64,000 nt of DNA from Kiritimatiellia bacterium (GTDB taxonomy: Bacteria > Verrucomicrobiota > Kiritimatiellia > CAIKKV01), in contig JAWOJA010000067.1 of NCBI GenBank assembly GCA_046484345.1, positions 22,905-86,904 on the forward strand, in the 5' to 3' direction. The stretch's first letter is position 1. Each line of letters begins with the position of its first letter. The notes beneath the pieces are model-generated. The model made no database searches and was not told where the DNA came from. It was given only the letters and a program-made list of their open reading frames with translations. Positions 37,550 through 46,223 of the stretch are shown here, piece by piece. The position numbers were made by a program, and so were the translations under genes.

Positions 37550-40500
37550 ATGGCCAACAATGGAACCATGTTGAAGGTCCTGCACATCGAGGACAATCCG
37601 GCGGATGCCGTTTTTGTCCGCGAGCTTCTCGCCGACACCGGCTCGCGCTGGACGCTCGCCCATGTGCGCCGCCTGAGCGAGGGGCTGAAAATTCTCGGCG
37701 AGCAGAGTTTCGACGGCGTGTTGCTGGACCTGGACCTGATCGACAGCCGCGGGCTCGAAACGCTGGAGACCGTCCATCGCGTCTACCCGTCCGTTCCCAT
37801 CGTGGTGCTGAGCGGATTCAAAGACGAGACGTTCGGGTATAAGTCCCTGGAAAAGGGAACTCAGGATTACCTCGTCAAGGGCCAGGTCAACGGATCCATG
37901 CTGGTGCGAGCCATGCGCTACGCCATCGAGCGCAAGCGGACCGACCTGGCGCTGCAGGAAAGCGAGGCGCGCCTGCGCAGCCTTTTCCAGGAGGCGGCCA
38001 TCGGCATGACCATGCTGTCTCCGGAGGGCCAGTTCATCTCGGTCAATCCGGCTTTTTGCGAATTCCTCGGCTACACCGAAAAGGAGCTGATGGGCAAATC
38101 GTTGCGGGAAATCACATTTTTGGAGGACTGGCAGAAAACCTCCGTGCTCATGCACCAGCTGCTGACCGGAGAGGGATCCGTTCATCGATTTGAAAAAAGG
38201 TACAGATACAAGACCGGCGGCCTCGTCTGGGGAGAGACCCGGGCCGTGCTGGTGCGCGACGGCCTCGGCAAGCCCGCCTATTTCGTGGTGCAGGTTGTGG
38301 ACATCACCGCCCGCAAGCTGGCGGAAAACGCGCTACGCGAGAGCGAGGCCCGTTTTCGCACGCTGACGGAAAGGGCGACGGACCTTGTCCTGATCCTGGA
38401 CGGACGCGGCGAGATGCTGTACAAAAGCCTCAACGTCGAACACATCCTGGGCTTTCCGGAGAAGGTGGCGCTGGGCGAAAAGATAGCGGACCTCGTTCAT
38501 CCCGACGACCGGGCGGAGCTCAACCGCTTGATGATGGAGGGGGTCGAGCAGCCGGGCGCGATCCGGAAGGGCGAGTTGCGCCTGCGGCACCGCACGGGCG
38601 CCTGGCGGGTCATGGAAGCCGTTGCGCGCAATCTTCTGGACGACCCCGTCATCCAGGGCGTGGTGTTGAACATGCGCGACATCACCGAGCGCAAGGAGGC
38701 CGAGACGGCGCTGAAGGAGAGCGAAGAGCGGTTCCGGATTCTCGTGCAACGGGCGCCGGAAGCCATCGCGGTGTTTGATGTCGATTTGGGACGTTTCGTG
38801 GATGTCAACTTCAACGCCGAGCGGCTTTTCGGTTGCACGGCGGAAGAGTTGCTTCGCGCGGGTCCCGGAAATTTCTATCAAGACCGGAAGCCGGATGGAA
38901 AGCCGGTCGCCGAAAGTGTTCCGATGCACATCGAGCAGGCCTTGGCGGGCAACGAAGTTGTTTTTGAACGCCTGCTCCACAACGCCGAAGGGCGGGACGT
39001 GCATTGCGAGGTGAGGCTGGTGAGGCTTCCGTCGTCCACCCGCCGGCTGTTGCGGGCCAGCTATGTCGACATCACCGAACGGAAGCGGGCGGAAGAAAAC
39101 GTGGTCGAATCCCGGCAGATGCTAAAAGCGGTTATGGACACAATTCCGGTCCGCGTTTTCTGGAAGGATCGCGAATCAAAGTTCCTGGGCTGCAACAAAC
39201 ATTTTGCGTTGGACGCCGGGTTTAAGGATCCCGAGGAGCTGGTCGGCAAGGATGATTATCAAATGGGCTGGCGCGATCAGGCCGACTCGTATCGGGCCGA
39301 TGATAAAAAAATCATGGAAAGCGGCGTTCCCGTATTGAATTACGAGGAGCCCCAAACGGCGAAAACGGGAAAAAAAAGTTGGCTGAAAACGAGCAAGGTT
39401 CCGTTAAAAAACTCAAAAGGCCAAATCATCGGCGTACTGGGAACATACGAAGACATTACCGAACAAAAGCAGGCGGAGGAGGCGTTGCGGATGGCCTACC
39501 AAAAGCTGACCCTCCATGTCGAGCGGACGCCTGTGGCCGTGATCGAATGGGATCGGGATTTCCGGGTCACCCGCTGGAATCCCGCGGCCCAGGCGATGTT
39601 CGGATTCAGTTCCGCGGAGGCTGTCGGGCAGCATGCCTCATTTATTCTGCCCGAATCGGTCCGCCCCCACGCCGACAAGGTTTGGCAGGCTTTGTTGAAA
39701 AAAGTCGGCGGGGAAAGAAGCGCAAACTGGAACGTCCGCAAGGATGGCGCGTTGATTTTCTGCGAATGGCACAACACATCGCTCGTGGACGCGCAAGGAA
39801 ACGCGACAGGGGTTGCTTCCCTGGCGCAGGATATTACCGAGCGCAAGCGGGCGGAGGAGACGCTGAAAGAAGCCAAGGAAGCCGCCGAACGGACCGCGGG
39901 CGAACTGGCCCGCTCCAACCGGGACTTGGAGGAATTCGCCCGGGTCGTCTCCCACGACCTGAAAGAGCCGCTGCGCATGGTCACCGGATTTCTTGAACTG
40001 CTCCAGTCCAAGAGCCGATCGGCGATGGACGTCAAAAGCAATGAATACATCGATTATGCGGTCAACGGCGCGCAACGCATGAAAAAGCGGATCGAGCGCC
40101 TGCTGGAATACTCGCGCGCCGGAGGGCGCGCGAGGGAGCTGGCGCCGACGTCACTGGAGAAGGCGCTGAATGTGGCCCTGCTGAATTTGAAGGATCGGAT
40201 CGACAAAACCGGGGCGATTGTTTCGCACGAACCGCTGCCGGAGGTGATGGCGGACGCCGAGCAGCTAACGCAGGTGCTGCAGAACCTGGTCGGCAATGCC
40301 ATCAAGTTCACGAAGGGGCGTCCCGAAATTCATGTTGGCGCCTCAGTCCAGGACGGCAACTGGCTGGTATCCGTGCGTGACAACGGCATTGGGATAGACC
40401 CGAAATGTAAAGACCGCATCTTCCAGGTTTTCCAGCGGCTGAACGAGCCCGAGCAATACGAAGGCGACGGAATGGGCCTCTCGATTTGCAAGAAGATCGT

Positions 40501-40657
40501 GGAGCGCCACAACGGGCGCATCTGGGTGGAATCCGAAACAGGCCGGGGATCGTCCTTTTACTTCACGCTTCCGCAACCGCCCCGCCCCTCGCCGCCGAAG
40601 GCCGCCGGAGAAACGACCTCTCCGTCATCCCGAATGCGGGAAACAGTGGCGGTTTGA
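37550..40657 (+). CDS. REC - five PAS - histidine kinase
   Basis: N-terminal REC (LHIEDN, LLDLDL), five PAS/PAC units each ending DIT.RK or DITEQK, SHDLKEPLR, HATPase; start ATG 37550 after GAGGAG. Confidence 0.93.
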   Translation: MANNGTMLKVLHIEDNPADAVFVRELLADTGSRWTLAHVRRLSEGLKILGEQSFDGVLLDLDLIDSRGLETLETVHRVYPSVPIVVLSGFKDETFGYKSLEKGTQDYLVKGQVNGSMLVRAMRYAIERKRTDLALQESEARLRSLFQEAAIGMTMLSPEGQFISVNPAFCEFLGYTEKELMGKSLREITFLEDWQKTSVLMHQLLTGEGSVHRFEKRYRYKTGGLVWGETRAVLVRDGLGKPAYFVVQVVDITARKLAENALRESEARFRTLTERATDLVLILDGRGEMLYKSLNVEHILGFPEKVALGEKIADLVHPDDRAELNRLMMEGVEQPGAIRKGELRLRHRTGAWRVMEAVARNLLDDPVIQGVVLNMRDITERKEAETALKESEERFRILVQRAPEAIAVFDVDLGRFVDVNFNAERLFGCTAEELLRAGPGNFYQDRKPDGKPVAESVPMHIEQALAGNEVVFERLLHNAEGRDVHCEVRLVRLPSSTRRLLRASYVDITERKRAEENVVESRQMLKAVMDTIPVRVFWKDRESKFLGCNKHFALDAGFKDPEELVGKDDYQMGWRDQADSYRADDKKIMESGVPVLNYEEPQTAKTGKKSWLKTSKVPLKNSKGQIIGVLGTYEDITEQKQAEEALRMAYQKLTLHVERTPVAVIEWDRDFRVTRWNPAAQAMFGFSSAEAVGQHASFILPESVRPHADKVWQALLKKVGGERSANWNVRKDGALIFCEWHNTSLVDAQGNATGVASLAQDITERKRAEETLKEAKEAAERTAGELARSNRDLEEFARVVSHDLKEPLRMVTGFLELLQSKSRSAMDVKSNEYIDYAVNGAQRMKKRIERLLEYSRAGGRARELAPTSLEKALNVALLNLKDRIDKTGAIVSHEPLPEVMADAEQLTQVLQNLVGNAIKFTKGRPEIHVGASVQDGNWLVSVRDNGIGIDPKCKDRIFQVFQRLNEPEQYEGDGMGLSICKKIVERHNGRIWVESETGRGSSFYFTLPQPPRPSPPKAAGETTSPSSRMRETVAV

Positions 40658-40675
40658 AGGCGACGCAATCCGCGA

Positions 40676-41650
40676 TCAGGGGGCGGACAGAATCCATTTG
40701 AAAAAAAGCGGAACGGTGGCCAGGCTCAGGAGGGTTCCCAGGAAGACCGCCTTCGCGCTGAGCAGGGAGTCGCCGTTATAGCGTTCGGTGAACATCGTGC
40801 AGGAAAGCGCCGGCGGCATGGCGGCCACCAGCAGGAAGCTGAATCGGGGCGCCTCGGGAAGGGGCCAGCCGCAGGCGGCAAGAAGCCGGACCAAGCCAAG
40901 CGCGACCAGCGGGGCCGCGACGAGGCGCAAGGCCAGCACGCCCCAGAGCGCCGGTTCGGGCCGCAGCGCCGACAGCGGCCGCTCGCCCAGGCGGGTCCCG
41001 ATCACGAGCAGCGAGAGCGGAATCGTCAGCGCGCTGAGCAGGTTGGCCGCTTCCAGCACCGGTTTCAGAAAAGGAACACCGGCCGCATCGTTTCGAAGGG
41101 ACGGAACATAGACGGCCAGCAACAGGCCAACAAGTGTGGCGAGAATTCCGGGATTCACCACCACATGGCGCAGCGATTCGCGGGGGGTCATGCCCGGGTT
41201 CAGCGTGGCAATCCCGATGGTCCAGATGGCGGCGGTGCAGCCCACATTCATGAGCAGGATGGAGCGGACCCCCTCCGCGCCGAAGAGGCCCTCGGCGATT
41301 GGCAGCGGCAGGTAGATCCAGTTGGTCAGCGAAACGAGAAAAACGACTGTCCGGCGCCGGACCGGATCGCGAACCAGCGGCGAGGCGATCAGCCCGACGG
41401 CTTCGCCGATGGCGATGACCAGGAAGCCGAGAAGGGGAATGTACCAGTGAAGCCGGAGGGTGTCGCCGTCGACGGTGCGGAGGAATTGCGAGATGATGTA
41501 AGAGGGGTAGACGAAGTCGACGAGGAACCGGCTCAGCGTGAGGCTGGCTTCAGTCTTCCAAAGCCCGCGTCGGCTGACAAGCCAGCCGACGACCATGAGG
41601 AGAAACAGGGCCGACGTCTTTTGAAGAACCACAAGCCAGCCGCTGCTCAT
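40676..41650 (-). CDS. AEC (auxin efflux carrier) family transporter
   Basis: About 10 TM segments, NWIYLPLP, NPGILA, AAMPPA, TLLSLATVP. Confidence 0.88.
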   Translation of the reverse strand: MSSGWLVVLQKTSALFLLMVVGWLVSRRGLWKTEASLTLSRFLVDFVYPSYIISQFLRTVDGDTLRLHWYIPLLGFLVIAIGEAVGLIASPLVRDPVRRRTVVFLVSLTNWIYLPLPIAEGLFGAEGVRSILLMNVGCTAAIWTIGIATLNPGMTPRESLRHVVVNPGILATLVGLLLAVYVPSLRNDAAGVPFLKPVLEAANLLSALTIPLSLLVIGTRLGERPLSALRPEPALWGVLALRLVAAPLVALGLVRLLAACGWPLPEAPRFSFLLVAAMPPALSCTMFTERYNGDSLLSAKAVFLGTLLSLATVPLFFKWILSAP

Positions 41651-42325
41651 TTATTTCGCTGGCTCTCCGGCGGGAGCTTCGTCCGCTTTGACGGCGGGCG
41701 CCTCGACCGAAGCCGGAGGGATATTTCCAACCGTGGCCGCGGGCTTGACAACTTCAGCCGCCGGCGGATTCTTGTCGAACTTTACGGGCGTGCGCTTCTG
41801 GCCGGGCTCTCTGGGCGGGGGGGTGGCGTAGCGGTTCTGTTCGCGTACCCGGGCGTTGACGTCGCGGAGCATGAAGCCGTAGCGCTTGGAGAGTAGCTTC
41901 CATTCGCCGGCCGAGAAGGAATAGAACGCGTCGAGGTTGTTCACCAGCATGGCGGGGTCGAAGGTTTCGAACCGGGCGATGGGGGGAAAATCGGTCGACT
42001 CTTCCAGCACGGCCGGCGTTTCGAGTCCCATGAAGATGACTTTCTGGGGCTTGCGCGCCAGGCGGGCACCCGAGCGGAATTCGGCCAGGGTGAGGGGCCG
42101 CCATTCGCGGCCGGTCCAGTAGTTCAACTCCGGCGCCTCGGGGTCCTCCGTGACTCGCCAGGAGACAACCTCGGCATTGCGCAGGCTCTGCATGTCGAAA
42201 GCCAACTGCACCATGCGCAACCGGGCGGGAACGACGAGCAAGGTTGAGGCGGGCTGGGCGGCCGGGAGAGCCAAGGGGAAAAGAAGCGCTAGAGCCAACG
42301 CGGCGGTGATCGATATTTTTTTCAT
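41651..42325 (-). CDS. exported hypothetical protein with Pro/Ala-rich tail
   Basis: Signal peptide MKKISITAALALALLFPLALPAA; start set at ATG 42325. Confidence 0.75.
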   Translation of the reverse strand: MKKISITAALALALLFPLALPAAQPASTLLVVPARLRMVQLAFDMQSLRNAEVVSWRVTEDPEAPELNYWTGREWRPLTLAEFRSGARLARKPQKVIFMGLETPAVLEESTDFPPIARFETFDPAMLVNNLDAFYSFSAGEWKLLSKRYGFMLRDVNARVREQNRYATPPPREPGQKRTPVKFDKNPPAAEVVKPAATVGNIPPASVEAPAVKADEAPAGEPAK

Positions 42326-42454
42326 GGACCGAACCTTTCCTGAAGACGGCAAAAGAGTACCGCGCCGGGAAAAGGGAAACAAGGAAAAACGGGTAATCGC
42401 TCAGTTATCGGGCGCATTGCAGAACTGCAGGTGGCTTTTTAAACATCAAGCGAC

Positions 42455-42482
42455 AGGGGTCAAGTCCCGACAAACGACAAAA
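42455..42482 (+). repeat. left 28-bp inverted repeat
   Basis: AGGGGTCAAGTCCCGACAAACGACAAAA; 25/28 identical to the reverse complement of 43468-43495. Confidence 0.9.
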
Positions 42483-42499
42483 AGATTGGGGAGCGGAAA

Positions 42500-43436
42500 G
42501 AGGGCCGGTGCGGAGGCGTATCGGCATTGGCCGAGCGCTGGTACGAGAGCGCCGCGCTGGAAGACTTTTGGGCGTGAGTGCGCAGGCGGTCAATGATGCT
42601 TCGAGTTTTTGCTCTACGATGTGACCAGCACGTTTTTCGAGGGCGAGGCCGAAAAGAATGAAAAGGCCCAGCGGGGTTATTCTCGCGATAGCCGGCCGGA
42701 CTGCAAGCAGGTGTGCATCGGCCGGGTGGTGACGGCGGAAGGCATGCCGGTGGGCTACGAGGTGTTTGCGGGCAACCGCAACGACGTGACCACGCTTAAA
42801 GAGGTGGGCGAGTCGATGGCGCGCAAGTACGGGAAACCCAACCGGATCTGGGTGGTCGACCGGGGCATCGTTAGCGAAGATAATCTGGAGTTTTTACGCG
42901 AGCGCGGCGCCCATTATCTGGGCGGCACGCCGAAAAGCGAGCTCAAGCGCCACGAGGGAAAGTTGCTCGACAAGAGCGATTGGAGCCTTGTGCGCGAGGG
43001 TTTGGAAGTCAAGCTGATCGACAACGGCAGATCGGCCGCTGGCTGGGCCGCAATCCGGCCGCCGAACGGCTCTTTGACGTGACGGTCGTTCATGACGAAC
43101 AAGATCGGGCGGATGGCGTGACGATCCAGGAGCGGCCCGACCGGTTGGACTGGACGACCTTGGCGCAAGGGGCTGGGCACCTGCGCCCGGCAATTGCTTC
43201 TGGAACTCGATGAACTTCGATGTGTGGACGTCGTTTTGCCGGTGGCTAACGGTCCGGAACTGCGGTTACGCATGGTGGTCAAACCCGAAAAACCGCTCGC
43301 TTTCCTTCTGGCCAAGCTCGGCTTGGCCCTGCCAAAAGGATCAAAAAGGTGGAAAATGAAGTGGAGAAAAACGAGGGCTGATCCGTGAGTTTCCTGGGGA
43401 ATAGCTATTTTCGGGCTCGAAACTGACGAACTCGGG
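42500..43436 (+). mobile_element. degenerate IS1634-family transposase remnant
   Basis: Fragments in several frames: LAERWYESAALEDF, LYDVTSTFFEG...RGYSRDSRPDCKQV...YEVFAGN, IWVVDRG, LRCVDVVLP...ELRLRMVVKPE...LGLALP; frameshifts and deletions; ends AACTGACGAACTCGGG. Confidence 0.85.
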
Positions 43437-43467
43437 CTAAAGCAGATTGCCGCTCAAGTGAGGAACG

Positions 43468-43495
43468 TTTTGTCGGAAGTCGGGACTTGACCCCT
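43468..43495 (-). repeat. right 28-bp inverted repeat
   Basis: TTTTGTCGGAAGTCGGGACTTGACCCCT. Confidence 0.9.
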
Positions 43496-43646
43496 ATTGA
43501 CCATAGAGGAGAATGAAAAGCTTGCCACTCCTCAACTAACAACATATGTTTAAAACCGTTTTTGGGTGGCACACTTTCCGATTGCCGGCAACAGCATTGG
43601 CCATTTGGTGCGACTATAACGGTACTTGGTGAAAGGAACAGCGAAA

Positions 43647-44060
43647 ATGAAGGAACTGGAAGAGGGCGAGACGCTGGCGTTGGATTTTGACAAAATCGCG
43701 AAGATTGCCGCCAAAACGAGCAGCGGCGTCATTCCCGTGGCCGTGCAACATGCCGACACCGGGGAGGTGATCCTCGTGGCCTACACGAATGAGCTGGCGT
43801 TCCGCAAGTCGCTGGAGGCGCGGTCGCTCGTGCTCTGGAGCACCTCGCGCAACGAGTTGTGGGAAAAGGGCAAGACCTCGGGCGAATCCTTCGACCTGAT
43901 CGCCGCCTACGTGAATTGCGAACAGAACTCGCTTCTCTATAAAGTGCGCCCGCGCCGCGGCGCGATCTGCCACACCAAAAACAAGGCCGGGCAGCCCCGG
44001 AATTGTTACTATCGCCGGATCGACTTCGCGACCACCAAGCTGATCAACCAGGATCCGTAA
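43647..44060 (+). CDS. hisI: phosphoribosyl-AMP cyclohydrolase
   Basis: IPVAVQHADTGEVILVAYTN, WSTSRNELWEKGKTSG, ICHT...NCYYR. Confidence 0.9.
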   Translation: MKELEEGETLALDFDKIAKIAAKTSSGVIPVAVQHADTGEVILVAYTNELAFRKSLEARSLVLWSTSRNELWEKGKTSGESFDLIAAYVNCEQNSLLYKVRPRRGAICHTKNKAGQPRNCYYRRIDFATTKLINQDP

Positions 44061-44066
44061 GGCTTT

Positions 44067-45746
44067 TCAGCCGCCGGCTGTCACGTTTCCCCGCAAGCTG
44101 GCCAAGAAGAGCTGATGGGCGTCGATTTGCTTGGTGAGACTGCTTTCGATCGTGGCGCTCAATGACTTGAGCTGGTCTTCCTTCACGGCGAGAGCATCCA
44201 TTTTTTCATTCATGGTTTTGAGGGTGACGGCCAGATCGGCCGCCTGGGCTTCCTGTTCCTGGACCTTTTTGCTCAGCGACTGGACAGCGGCGTCCTTCTG
44301 CGCGAGGGTTGATCGGAACTCCTCTTCTTTTGATTTTAGCTGGGAGGCCTGGCGCTCGGCGTTGGCTTCCAAGTCGAGAACCTGTTTCAGCAGGTTTTCT
44401 GCCTCGGCGTCCTTTTTGGCTGCCGTTATTTCCCATTCCTGGGTTTTGTCTTTAAACTGCGCCGTCAGCCCGCTGACCTGCTTTTCGAATCCGCTCATTT
44501 TGGCGGTTACGGCCAGCAGCTCTTGATTTTTGGCCGTGAGGCTTGCGGTCAGCTCCTTGACCTGGGGTTCGAGCGCCTGCAGGTCCTGCAGTAGTTCGTC
44601 GACGTCCTCGTCCTTTTTTGAAAGGGCGGTCCGCATTTCTTTTTCTTTGGCTTCGAGTCCGGCCGAAAGTTCGCGAAGGCGGGTCTCCAAATCAGCGGTC
44701 TGGCAGGCCAGGCTGCGGATTTGATTTTCTTTTTTGGACAAGGCCGATTGGAACTCGTCGTCCTTCTCTTTCAACTTCCCCGCGAGATCGCGAGCCTGGG
44801 TTTCCGCTTCGCGGGCCTTCCGGAGAAGGGCCAGGTCGTTTTTGATTTTTTCGCGGCTGAATTGGTTGAGGATTTCCTCGGCGGCGAAGGCGGTCTCCCG
44901 AGCTTCGGCCACTTCCCGGCGGAGTCGTTCCAAGTCATCATGGCTAGTAGTTTGAGGTGCCGAAATTGAAGACTGGGTGATGGGGTCGGCGGTCGGCGGT
45001 TCGGGCGCTTGGTTGGATTCCGGGTCGGTGATCGTGGCGGGGGCGTTCTCCGCAGGCTGTTCCGGCCCGGTGTCCGCTTGAAGCTCGGGGGGCGAGGAAG
45101 CACTGGGTGCGTTGGAGGAGTCAGCGGAAGAAGGGGCGTTCGGGATAACGGGAGAGGCGGGATCGACGCGCACAATCCGGAAGCAGTCCCTGCACCGGAC
45201 TTTCTTGCCCGCCAGGTTTCGGCGTAGCGGGTAGCTCTTTTGGCAATTGGGGCAGGTGAATGCGACTTGGTTTCCGGCGGCGGCGGGGGCGGCATGTGAC
45301 GGCGTGTTTATTTCGGATTCAAGGAGGGTGGCCACAATGAGATCGGATTCGCCGTTTCCAAGAAAGGCCTGGTGTAATGCCATTTCGGTGTGGGACGAAA
45401 ACATGGAGGGAGCCAATGCCGTTTGCGTCACAGCCGTTACTGGCTGCTCCGGCAGTGCTGGCCGGGCTTCAGTTGAGGGCTCTGGCGTGGGAAGGGAAGA
45501 CGGCGGATCGGGAGCCGCGACCGGTTCCGCAGGAGCCGAAGGGATCGGATCGGGCGGCGGGGTGGCGCGGTCACTGGGGGTGTCAGGCCCCGCCTCAGCG
45601 GTGTTCCCGTAGTTTTCCAGTTGTTCCTTTGTGATGGAGATGCGCACTTTGCATTTCATGCAGGGCACGCCGCCCTGACTCAATATAATTTTTCTTTTTG
45701 TTTTGATGTCTCGGCCACAACGCGGGCAAGTGACGGTGATCGACAT
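44067..45746 (-). CDS. zinc-ribbon / Pro-rich / coiled-coil hypothetical protein
   Basis: CPRC..CMKC and CPNC..CRDC ribbons, P/A/S-rich linkers, about 270-aa coiled coil; start set at ATG 45746. Confidence 0.8.
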   Translation of the reverse strand: MSITVTCPRCGRDIKTKRKIILSQGGVPCMKCKVRISITKEQLENYGNTAEAGPDTPSDRATPPPDPIPSAPAEPVAAPDPPSSLPTPEPSTEARPALPEQPVTAVTQTALAPSMFSSHTEMALHQAFLGNGESDLIVATLLESEINTPSHAAPAAAGNQVAFTCPNCQKSYPLRRNLAGKKVRCRDCFRIVRVDPASPVIPNAPSSADSSNAPSASSPPELQADTGPEQPAENAPATITDPESNQAPEPPTADPITQSSISAPQTTSHDDLERLRREVAEARETAFAAEEILNQFSREKIKNDLALLRKAREAETQARDLAGKLKEKDDEFQSALSKKENQIRSLACQTADLETRLRELSAGLEAKEKEMRTALSKKDEDVDELLQDLQALEPQVKELTASLTAKNQELLAVTAKMSGFEKQVSGLTAQFKDKTQEWEITAAKKDAEAENLLKQVLDLEANAERQASQLKSKEEEFRSTLAQKDAAVQSLSKKVQEQEAQAADLAVTLKTMNEKMDALAVKEDQLKSLSATIESSLTKQIDAHQLFLASLRGNVTAGG

Positions 45747-45853
45747 GACAGCCCCTTTCTTCTCAGCTCGAAGAAGATAAAATCTATAACTCACAGCCGC
45801 GCAAGTCAAATTGTAAAATAATAGAAGGGCCCGGCGCTTTCAATGAAAAACGG

Positions 45854-46221
45854 TCAATTGGGGATCATCTTTTTGGTCATGCCGCCGCCGACCACGAAAT
45901 TCTGGCCGGTGATGAAGCCGTTGGCCGGATCGGCCAGGAAGAGGGCGAGGCGGGCGATATCGTCGGGCGTGCCGTCTTTTGAAACGGCTTCACATCGATC
46001 CAGCCCGGGCTGATGCAGTTGACCCGCACCTCCGGGCCGAAGCCTCCTCGCCCGCATCCGTCTGCACAAACCGGGCCGAGGGACCCAGTTCGGTTTCGGC
46101 CGCGCGGCCCGCCTCGGGGTCGAGTTCGGCGAGCGGCACGGCATAGCCCGCCTCGATCAGGCGCCGGGCGGTGATTTGTCCGATGCCCTGGCCGGCTCCG
46201 GTTGCCGGCGCGGTTTTTCAT
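45854..46221 (-). pseudogene. SDR-family oxidoreductase remnant
   Basis: TGAGQGIG, VRVNCISPGWID and GTPDDIARLALFL...FITGQNFVVGGGM spread over different frames; the central YxxxK region is missing. Confidence 0.85.
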
Positions 46222-46223
46222 GG

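Noticed and set aside
43516-43632. Attenuator leader peptide upstream of hisI
   Set aside because: The short ORFs (MKSLPLLN; MFKTVFGWHT...) have no His run and there is no clear terminator/antiterminator
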